A DNA stretch of 34,968 nt from Azolla caroliniana (lineage: Eukaryota > Plantae > Polypodiophyta): positions 1-34,968 of the forward strand of contig JBHGNT010000323.1 of NCBI GenBank assembly GCA_043228905.1, written 5' to 3'. How positions within the stretch are numbered: position 1 is the stretch's first letter; each line of letters opens with the position of its first letter. Positions 1 to 10,775 of this stretch are shown here, piece by piece. Made by a program: the position numbers and the translations under genes. The notes under the pieces were generated by a model that was not told where the DNA came from, searched no databases, and was given only the letters and a program-made list of their open reading frames with translations.

Positions 1-357
1 AATCCGATATCACACGAGCCAGGCATGAACATTTTAATTGACTCACGCGCTCTTCTCAAGTCCCTCCCCAAATTTGCTAATTTCTGCATGTCTCTCGACC
101 TGAGTTTCAGAATCTCGATTTTTTAAATCTATATCATAGCTAGCGTTGTTAGCTTCGATACGCATGTTTGAACACAAAAATCCGATAGCACACGAGCCAG
201 GTATGAACATTTTAATTGACTCACACGCTCTTCTAAAGTCCCTCCTCAAATTGGCTAATTTCTTCATGTCTCTCGACCTGAGTTTCAAAATCTTGATTTT
301 TTTAATTCTATATCATAGCTAGCATTGTTATCTTCGATACGCATGTTTGAACACAAA

Positions 358-535
358 AATCCGATATCACACGAGCCAGGTATGAACATTTTAATTTGCT
401 CACGCGCTCTTCTCAAGTCCCTCCTCAAATTTGCTAATGTCTTCATGTCTCTCGACCTGAGTTTCAAAATCTTGATTTTTGAATTCCATATCATAGCTAG
501 CGTTGTTAGCTTCGATACGCATGTTTGAACACAAA
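358..535. repeat. Representative single 178-bp monomer (third copy)
   Basis: Runs from aatccgatatcacacgag (358) to ...catgtttgaacacaaa (535). The next copy starts at 536. Confidence 0.97.
489..517. other. Imperfect inverted repeat (potential hairpin/cruciform) at the core of the monomer; example copy
   Basis: tatcatagctagc-gtt-gttagcttcgata. The arms are 13 bp with 10/13 Watson-Crick complementary positions plus one G.T pair, around a 3-nt loop. It recurs every 178 bp with occasional substitutions. Confidence 0.75.
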
Positions 536-749
536 AATCCGATATCACACGAGCCAGGTATGAACATTTTAATTGACTCACGCGCTCTTCTCAAGTCCCT
601 CCTCAAATTTGCTAATTTCTTCATGTCTCTCGGCCTGACTTTCAAAATCTTGATTTTTTAATTCTAGATCATAGCTAGCGTTGTTAGCTTCGATACGCAT
701 GTTTGAACACAAAAATCCGATATCACACGAATCAGGTATGAACATTTTA

Positions 750-2800
750 ATTGACTCACGCGCTCTTGTCAAGTCCCTCCTCAAATTTGCTAATTTCTTC
801 ATGTCTCTCGACCTGAGTTTCAAAATCTCGATTTTTTAATTCTATATCATAGCTAGCGTTGTTAGATTCGATACGCATGTTTGAACACAAAAATCCGATA
901 TCACACGAGCCAGGTATGAACAATTTAATTTGCTCACGCGCTCTTCTCAAGTCCCTCCTCAAATTTGCTAATTTCTTCATGTCTCTCGACCTGAGTTTCA
1001 AAATCTTGATTTTTTAATTCGATATCATAGCTAGCGTTGTTAGCTTCGATACGCATGTTTGAACACAAAAATCCGATATCACACGACCCAGGTATGAACA
1101 TTTTAATTTAGTCACGAGCTCTTCTAAAGTGCCTCCTCAAATTTGCTAATTTCTTCATGTCTCTCGGCCTGACTTTCAAAATCTTGATTTTTTAAATCTA
1201 GATTATAGCTAGCGTTGTTAGCTTCGATGCGCATGTTTGAACACGAAAATCCGATATCACACGAGCCAGGTATGAACATTTTAATAGACTCACGCGCTCT
1301 TCTCAAGTCCCTCCTCAAATTTGCTAATTTCTTCATGTCTCTCGACCTGAGTTTCAGAATCTCGATTTTTTAATTCGATATCATAGCTAGCGTTGTTAGC
1401 TTCGATACGCATGTTTGAACACAAAAATCCGATATCACACGAGCCAGGTCTGAACATTTTAATTGACTCACGCGCTCTTCTCAAGTCCCTCCTCAAATTT
1501 GCTAATTTCTTCATGGTTCTCGACCTGAGTTTCAAAATCTCGATTTTTTAATTTTATATCATAGCTAGCGTTGTTAGCTTCGATACGCATGTTTGAACAC
1601 AAAAATCCGATATCACACGAGCCAGGTATGAAAATTATAATTGACTCACGGGCTCTTCTCAAGTACCTCCTCAAATTTGCTAATTTCTTCATGTCTCTCG
1701 GCCTGAGTTTCAAAATCTCGATTTTTTAATTTTATATCATAGCTAGCGTTGTGAGCTTCGATACGCATGTTTGAACACAAAAATCCGATAACACACGCGC
1801 CAGCTATGAACATTATAATTGACGCACGGGCTCTTCTCAAGTACCTCCTCAAATTTGCTAATTTCTTCATGTCTCTCGACCTGAGTTTCAGAATCTCGAT
1901 TTTTTAATTCTATATCATAGCTAGCGTTGTTAGCTTCGATACGCATGTTTGAACACGAAAATCCGATATCACACGAGCCAGGTATGAACATTTTAATTGA
2001 CTCACGCGCTCTTCTCAAGTCCCTCCTCAAATTTGCTAATTTCTTCATGTCTCTCGACCTGAGTTTCAAAATCTCGATTTTTTAATTCCATATCATAGCT
2101 AGCGTTGTTAGATTCGATACGCATGTTTGAACACAAAAATCCGATATCACACGAGCCAGGTATGAACATTTTAATTGACTCACGCGCTCTTCTAAAGTCC
2201 CTCCTCAAATTTGCTAATTTCGTCATGTCTCTCGACCTGAGTTTCAAAATCTGGATTTTTTAATTCTATATCATAGCTAGCGTTGTTAGCTTCGATACGC
2301 ATGTTTGAACACAAAAATCCGATATCACACGACCCATGTATGAACATTTTAATTTAGTCACGGGCTCTTCTAAAGTCCCTCCTCAAATTTGCTAATTTCT
2401 TCATGTCTCTCGGCCTGAGTTTCAAAATCTCGATTTTTTAATTCGATATCATAGCTAGCGTTGTTAGCTTCGATACGCATGTTTGAACACGAAAATCCGA
2501 TATCACACGAGCCAGGTATGAACATTTTAATAGACTCACGCGCTCTTCTCAAGTCCCTCCTCAAATTTGCTAATTTCTTCATGTCTCTCGACCTGAGTTT
2601 CAGAATCTCGATTTTTTAATTCGATATCATAGCTAGCGTTGTTAGCTTCGATACGCATGTTTGAACACAAAAATCCGATATCACACGAGCCTGGTGTGAA
2701 CATTTTAATTTGCTCACGCGCTCTTCTCAAGTCCCTCCTCAAATTTGCTAATTTCTTCATGTCTCTCGACCTGAGTTTCAAAATCTTTATTTTTTAATTC
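750..2800. repeat. Diverged 7-monomer (1,246-bp) higher-order periodicity
   Basis: The rare variant taatAgact occurs at 1286 and 2532 (offset 1,246), each preceded by acacGaaaat. The tagAttcg variant occurs at about 865 and 2111 (offset 1,246). The copies differ at several other positions. Confidence 0.65.
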
Positions 2801-4139
2801 GATATCATAGCTAGCGTTGTTAGCTTCGATACGCATGTTTGAACACAAAAATCCGATATCACACGAGCCAGGTATGAACATTTTAATTTAGTCACGAGCT
2901 TTTCTAAAGTGCCTCCTCAAATTTGCTAATTTCTTCATGTCTCTCGGCCTGAGTTTCAAAATCTTCATTTTTTAATTCGATATCATAGCTAGCGTTGTTA
3001 TCTTCGATACGCATGTTTGAACACAAAAATCCGATAGCACACGAGTCAGGTATGAACATTTTAATTGACTCATGTGCTCTTCTCAAGTCCCTCCTCAAAT
3101 TTGCTAATTTCTTCATGTCTCTCGACCTGAGTTTCAAAATCTGGATTTTTTAATTCTATATCATAGCTAGCGTTGTTAGCTTCGATACGCATGTTTGAAC
3201 ACAAAAATCCGATATCACACGACCCAGGTATGAACATTTTAATTTAGTCACGGGCTCTTCTAAAGTCCCTCCTCAAATTTGCTAATTTCTTCATGTCTCT
3301 CGGCCTGAGTTTCAAAATCTCGATTTTTTAATTCGATATCATAGCTAGCGTTGTTAGCTTCGATACGCATGTTTGAACACAAAAATCCGATATCACACGA
3401 CCCAGGTATGAACATTTTAATTTAGTCACGAGCTCTTCTAAAGTGCCTCCTCAAATTTGCTAATTTGTTCATGTCTCTCGACCTGAGTTTCAAAATCTCG
3501 ATTTTTTAATTCCATATCATAGCTAGCGTTGTTAGATTCGATACGCATGTTTGAACACAAAAATCCGATATCACACGAGCCAGGTATGAACATTTTAATT
3601 GACTCACGCGCTCTTCTAAAGTCCCTCCTCAAATTTGCTAATTTCGTCATGTCTCTCGACCTGAGTTTCAAAATCTGGATTTTTTAATTCTATATCATAG
3701 CTAGCGTTGTTAGCTTCGATACGCATGTTTGAACACAAAAATCCGATATCACACGAGCCAGGTATGAACATTTTAATTTAGTCACGCGCTCTTCTAAAGT
3801 CCCTCCTCAAATTTGCTAATTTCTTCATGTCTCTCGGCCTGAGTTTCAAAATCTCGATTTTTTAATTCGATATCATAGCTAGCGTTGTTAGCTTCGATAC
3901 GCATGTTTGAACACAAAAATCCGATATCACACGAGCCAGGTATGAACATTTTAATTTAGTCACGGGCTCTTCTAAAGTCGCTCCTCAAATTTGCTAATTT
4001 TTTCATGTCTCTCGACCTGAGTTTCAGAATCTCGATTTTTTAATTCGATATCATAGCTAGCGTTGTTAGCTTCGATACGCATGTTTGAACACAAAAATCC
4101 GATATCACACGAGCCAGGTATGAACATTTTAATTTAGTC

Positions 4140-6420
4140 ACGGGCTCTTCTAAAGTCGCTCCTCAAATTTGCTAATTTCTTCATGTCTCTCGGCCTGAGT
4201 TTCAAAATCTCGATTTTTTAATTCGATATCATAGCTAGCGTTGTTAGCTTCGATACGCATGTTTGAACACAAAAATCCGATATCACACGAGCCAGGTATG
4301 AACATTTTAATTTAGTCACGGGCTCTTCTAAAGTCGCTCCTCAAATTTGCTAATTTTTTCATGTCTCTCGACCTGAGTTTCAGAATCTTGATTTTTTAAT
4401 TCTAGATCATAGCTAGCGTTGTTAGCTTCGATACGCATGTTTGAACACAAAAATCCGATATCACACGAGTCAGGTATGAACATTTTAATTGACTCACGGG
4501 CTCTTCTAAAGTCGCTCCTCAAATTTGCTAATTTCTTCATGTCTCTCGACCTGCATTTCAAAATCTCGATTTTTTAATTGTATATTATAGCTAGCGTTGT
4601 TAGCTTCCATACGTAGGTTTGAACACAAATATCCGATATCACACGAGCCAGGTATGAACATTTTAATTTAGTCAGGAGCTCTTCTAAAGTGCCTCCTCAA
4701 ATTTGCTAATTTCTTCATGTCTCTCGACCTGAGTTTCAAAATCTCGATTTTTTTATTCCATATCATAGCTAGCGTTGTTAGATTCGATACGCATGTTTGA
4801 ACACAAAAATCCGATATCACACGAGCCAGGTATGAACATTTTAATTGACTCACGCGCTCTTCTAAAGTCCCTCCTCAAATTTGCTAATTTCGTCATGTCT
4901 CTCGACCTGAGTTTCAAAATTTGGATTTTTTAATTCTATATCATAGCTAGCGTTGTTAGCTTCGATACGCATGTTTGAACACAAAAATCCGATATCACAC
5001 GACCCAGGTATGAACATTTTAATTTAGTCACGCGCTCTTCTAAAGTCCCTCCTCAAATTTGCTAATTTCTTCATGTCTCTCGGCCTGAGTTTCAAAATCT
5101 CGATTTTTTAATTCGATATCATAGCTAGCGTTGTTAGCTTCGATACGCATGTTTGAACACAAAAATCCGATATCACACGAGCCAGGTATGAACATTTTAA
5201 TTTAGTCACGCGCTCTTCTAAAGTCCCTCCTCAAATTTGCTAATTTCTTCATGTCTCTCGGCCTGAGTTTCAAAATCTCGATTTTTTAATTCGATATCAT
5301 AGCTAGCGTTGTTAGCTTCGATACGCATGTTTGAACACAAAAATCCGATATCACACGAGCCAGGTATGAACATTTTAATTTAGTCACGGGCTCTTCTAAA
5401 GTCGCTCCTCAAATTTGCTAATTTCTTCATGTCTCTCGGCCTGAGTTTCAAAATCTCGATTTTTTAATTCGATATCATAGCTAGCGTTGTTAGCTTCGAT
5501 ACGCATGTTTGAACACAAAAATCCGATATCACACGAGCCAGGTATGAACATTTTAATTTAGTCACGGGCTCTTCTAAAGTCGCTCCTCAAATTTGCTAAT
5601 TTTTTCATGTCTCTCGACCTGAGTTTCAGAATCTTGATTTTTTAATTCTAGATCATAGCTAGCGTTGTTAGCTTCGATACGCATGTTTGAACACAAAAAT
5701 CCGATATCACACGAGTCAGGTATGAACATTTTAATTGACTCACGGGCTCTTCTAAAGTCGCTCCTCAAATTTGCTAATTTCTTCATGTCTCTCGACCTGC
5801 ATTTCAAAATCTCGATTTTTTAATTGTATATTATAGCTAGCGTTGTTAGCTTCCATACGTAGGTTTGAACACAAATATCCGATATCACACGAGCCAGGTA
5901 TGAACATTTTAATTTAGTCAGGAGCTCTTCTAAAGTGCCTCCTCAAATTTGCTAATTTCTTCATGTCTCTCGACCTGAGTTTCAAAATCTCGATTTTTTT
6001 ATTCCATATCATAGCTAGCGTTGTTAGATTCGATACGCATGTTTGAACACAAAAATCCGATATCACACGAGCCAGGTATGAACATTTTAATTGACTCACG
6101 CGCTCTTCTAAAGTCCCTCCTCAAATTTGCTAATTTCGTCATGTCTCTCGACCTGAGTTTCAAAATTTGGATTTTTTAATTCTATATCATAGCTAGCGTT
6201 GTTAGCTTCGATACGCATGTTTGAACACAAAAATCCGATATCACACGACCCAGGTATGAACATTTTAATTTAGTCACGCGCTCTTCTAAAGTCCCTCCTC
6301 AAATTTGCTAATTTCTTCATGTCTCTCGGCCTGAGTTTCAAAATCTCGATTTTTTAATTCGATATCATAGCTAGCGTTGTTAGCTTCGATACGCATGTTT
6401 GAACACAAAAATCCGATATC
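4140..6420. repeat. Near-identical tandem 7-monomer (1,246-bp) higher-order repeat
   Basis: Identical translated ORFs at 4328/5574 and 4668/5914 (offset 1,246). Both copies share the aaatTtggat variant and the strongly diverged ctgcatttca...acgtaggttt monomer. Confidence 0.85.
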
Positions 6421-9129
6421 ACACGACCCAGGTATGAACATTTTAATTTAGTCACGGGCTCTTCTAAAGTCCCTCCTCAAATTTGCTAATTTCTTCATGT
6501 CTCTCGGCCTGAGTTTCAAAATCTCGATTTTTTAATTCGATATCATAGCTAGCGTTGTTAGCTTCGATACGCATGTTTGAACACAAAAATCCGATATCAC
6601 ACGAGCCAGGTATGAACATTTTAATTTAGTCACGGGCTCTTCTAAAGTCCCTCCTCAAATTTGCTAATTTCTTCATGTCTCTCGGCCTGAGTTTCAAAAT
6701 CTCGATTTTTTAATTCTAGATCATAGCTAGCGTTGTTAGCTTCCATACTCATGTTTGAACACAAAAATCCGATATCACACGAGCCAGGTATGAACATTTT
6801 AATTGACTCACGCGCTCTTCTCAAGTCCCTACCCAATTTTGCTAATTTCTTCATGTCTCTCGACCTGAGTTTCAGAATCTCGATTTTTGAATTCCATATC
6901 ATAGCTAGCGTTGTTAGATTCGATACGCATGTTTGAACACAAAAATCCGATATCACACGAGCCAGGTATGAACATTTTAATTGACTCACGCGCTCTTCTA
7001 AAGTGCCTCCTCAAATTTGCTAATTTCGTCATGTCTCTCGACCTGAGTTTCAAAATCTGGATTTTTTAATTCTATATCATAGCTAGCGTTGTTAGCTTCG
7101 ATACGCATGTTTGAACACAAAAATCCGATATCACACGAGCCAGGTATGAACATTTTAATTTAGTCACGCGCTCTTCTAAAGTCCCTCCTCAAATTTGCTA
7201 ATTTCTTCATGTCTCTCGGCCTGAGTTTCAAAATCTCGATTTTTTAATTCGATATCATAGCTAGCGTTGTTAGCTTCGATACGCATGTTTGAACACAAAA
7301 ATCCGATATCACACGAGCCAGGTATGAACATTTTAATTTAGTCACGGGCTCTTCTAAAGTCGCTCCTCAAATTTGCTAATTTCTTCATGTCTCTCGGCCT
7401 GAGTTTCAAAATCTCGATTTTTTAATTCGATATCATAGCTAGCGTTGTTAGCTTCGATACGCATGTTTGAACACAAAAATCCGATATCACACGAGCCAGG
7501 TATGAACATTTTAATTTAGTCACGGGCTCTTCTAAAGTCGCTCCTCAAATTTGCTAATTTTTTCATGTCTCTCGACCTGAGTTTCAGAATCTTGATTTTT
7601 TAATTCTAGATCATAGCTAGCGTTGTTAGCTTCGATACGCATGTTTGAACACAAAAATCCGATATCACACGAGTCAGGTATGAACATTTTAATTGACTCA
7701 CGGGCTCTTCTAAAGTCGCTCCTCAAATTTGCTAATTTCTTCATGTCTCTCGACCTGCATTTCAAAATCTCGATTTTTTAATTGTATATTATAGCTAGCG
7801 TTGTTAGCTTCCATACGTAGGTTTGAACACAAATATCCGATATCACACGAGCCAGGTATGAACATTTTAATTTAGTCAGGAGCTCTTCTAAAGTGCCTCC
7901 TCAAATTTGCTAATTTCTTCATGTCTCTCGACCTGAGTTTCAAAATCTCGATTTTTTTATTCCATATCATAGCTAGCGTTGTTAGATTCGATACGCATGT
8001 TTGAACACAAAAATCCGATATCACACGAGCCAGGTATGAACATTTTAATTGACTCACGCGCTCTTCTAAAGTCCCTCCTCAAATTTGCTAATTTCGTCAT
8101 GTCTCTCGACCTGAGTTTCAAAATTTGGATTTTTTAATTCTATATCATAGCTAGCGTTGTTAGCTTCGATACGCATGTTTGAACACAAAAATCCGATATC
8201 ACACGACCCAGGTATGAACATTTTAATTTAGTCACGCGCTCTTCTAAAGTCCCTCCTCAAATTTGCTAATTTCTTCATGTCTCTCGGCCTGAGTTTCAAA
8301 ATCTCGATTTTTTAATTCGATATCATAGCTAGCGTTGTTAGCTTCGATACGCATGTTTGAACACAAAAATCCGATATCACACGACCCAGGTATGAACATT
8401 TTAATTTAGTCACGGGCTCTTCTAAAGTCGCTCCTCAAATTTGCTAATTTTTTCATGTCTCTCGACCTGAGTTTCAGAATCTTGATTTTTTAATTCTAGA
8501 TCATAGCTAGCGTTGTTAGCTTCGATACGCATGTTTGAACACAAAAATCCGATATCACACGAGTCAGGTATGAACATTTTAATTGACTCACGGGCTCTTC
8601 TAAAGTCGCTCCTCAAATTTGCTAATTTCTTCATGTCTCTCGACCTGCATTTCAAAATCTCGATTTTTTAATTGTATATTATAGCTAGCGTTGTTAGCTT
8701 CCATACGTAGGTTTGAACACAAATATCCGATATCACACGAGCCAGGTATGAACATTTTAATTTAGTCAGGAGCTCTTCTAAAGTGCCTCCTCAAATTTGC
8801 TAATTTCTTCATGTCTCTCGACCTGAGTTTCAAAATCTCGATTTTTTTATTCCATATCATAGCTAGCGTTGTTAGATTCGATACGCATGTTTGAACACAA
8901 AAATCCGATATCACACGAGCCAGGTATGAACATTTTAATTGACTCACGCGCTCTTCTAAAGTCCCTCCTCAAATTTGCTAATTTCGTCATGTCTCTCGAC
9001 CTGAGTTTCAAAATCTGGATTTTTTAATTCTATATCATAGCTAGCGTTGTTAGCTTCGATACGCATGTTTGAACACAAAAATCCGATATCACACGACCCA
9101 GGTATGAACATTTTAATTTAGTCACGGGC

Positions 9130-10775
9130 TCTTCTAAAGTCCCTCCTCAAATTTGCTAATTTCTTCATGTCTCTCGGCCTGAGTTTCAAAATCTCGATTT
9201 TTTAATTCGATATCATAGCTAGCGTTGTTAGCTTCGATACGCATGTTTGAACACAAAAATCCGATATCACACGAGCCAGGTATGAACATTTTAATTTAGT
9301 CACGGGCTCTTCTAAAGTCGCTCCTCAAATTTGCTAATTTTTTCATGTCTCTCGGCCTGAGTTTCAAAATCTCGATTTTTTAATTCGATATCATAGCTAG
9401 CGTTGTTAGCTTCGATACGCATGTTTGAACACAAAAATCCGATATCACACGACCCAGGTATGAACATTTTAATTTAGTCACGAGCTCTTCTAAAGTGCCT
9501 CCTCAAATTTGCTAATTTGTTCATGTCTCTCGACCTGAGTTTCAAAATCTCGATTTTTTAATTCCATATCATAGCTAGCGTTGTTAGATTCGATACGCAT
9601 GTTTGAACACAAAAATCCGATATCACACGAGCCAGGTATGAACATTTTAATTGACTCACGCGCTCTTCTAAAGTCCCTCCTCAAATTTGCTAATTTCGTC
9701 ATGTCTCTCGACCTGAGTTTCAAAATCTGGATTTTTTAATTCTATATCATAGCTAGCGTTGTTAGCTTCGATACGCATGTTTGAACACAAAAATCCGATA
9801 TCACACGAGCCAGGTATGAACATTTTAATTTAGTCACGCGCTCTTCTAAAGTCCCTCCTCAAATTTGCTAATTTCTTCATGTCTCTCGGCCTGAGTTTCA
9901 AAATCTCGATTTTTTAATTCGATATCATAGCTAGCGTTGTTAGCTTCGATACGCATGTTTGAACACAAAAATCCGATATCACACGAGCCAGGTATGAACA
10001 TTTTAATTTAGTCACGGGCTCTTCTAAAGTCGCTCCTCAAATTTGCTAATTTTTTCATGTCTCTCGGCCTGAGTTTCAAAATCTCGATTTTTTAATTCGA
10101 TATCATAGCTAGCGTTGTTAGCTTCGATACGCATGTTTGAACACAAAAATCCGATATCACACGACCCAGGTATGAACATTTTAATTTAGTCACGAGCTCT
10201 TCTAAAGTGCCTCCTCAAATTTGCTAATTTGTTCATGTCTCTCGACCTGAGTTTCAAAATCTCGATTTTTTAATTCCATATCATAGCTAGCGTTGTTAGA
10301 TTCGATACGCATGTTTGAACACAAAAATCCGATATCACACGAGCCAGGTATGAACATTTTAATTGACTCACGCGCTCTTCTAAAGTCCCTCCTCAAATTT
10401 GCTAATTTCGTCATGTCTCTCGACCTGAGTTTCAAAATCTGGATTTTTTAATTCTATATCATAGCTAGCGTTGTTAGCTTCGATACGCATGTTTGAACAC
10501 AAAAATCCGATATCACACGAGCCAGGTATGAACATTTTAATTTAGTCACGCGCTCTTCTAAAGTCCCTCCTCAAATTTGCTAATTTCTTCATGTCTCTCG
10601 GCCTGAGTTTCAAAATCTCGATTTTTTAATTCGATATCATAGCTAGCGTTGTTAGCTTCGATACGCATGTTTGAACACAAAAATCCGATATCACACGAGC
10701 CAGGTATGAACATTTTAATTTAGTCACGGGCTCTTCTAAAGTCGCTCCTCAAATTTGCTAATTTTTTCATGTCTC
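9130..10775. repeat. Tandem 4-monomer (712-bp) duplication
   Basis: Identical ORFs at 9490 and 10202. The sequence from about 9130 to 10065 matches about 9842 to 10777, including the tttGttcat and tttTtcat+cggcc monomers. Confidence 0.85.

Noticed and set aside
1-178. Identity with Arabidopsis CEN178 or primate alpha satellite
   Set aside because: Only the length is similar. From memory the sequence shares no recognisable motifs with either; BLASTN would settle it.
1-180. Strict 10-bp phased A/T tracts (intrinsic curvature)
   Set aside because: A/T tracts are present (about 31-39, 70-75, 79-83, 105-112, 119-128, 176-180), but their spacing is not consistently helical by eye. A curvature calculation would be needed.
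297-303. Single +1 T insertion as a meaningful event
   Set aside because: It is a one-off homopolymer length change that could be slippage or a sequencing error. It was used only to reconcile the register.
510-526. CENP-B box candidate at cttcgatacgcatgttt
   Set aside because: It has TTCG but lacks the downstream A and CGGG required by the NTTCGNNNNANNCGGGN consensus.
358-535. Satellite-encoded hammerhead ribozyme or tandem small RNA gene (5S, tRNA, SL, snRNA)
   Set aside because: Neither strand has CTGANGA followed by a stem and GAAA (the closest is TTGAGGA on the minus strand without a properly placed GAAA). I see no cloverleaf or recognisable 5S/SL sequence. An Infernal/Rfam scan would be decisive.
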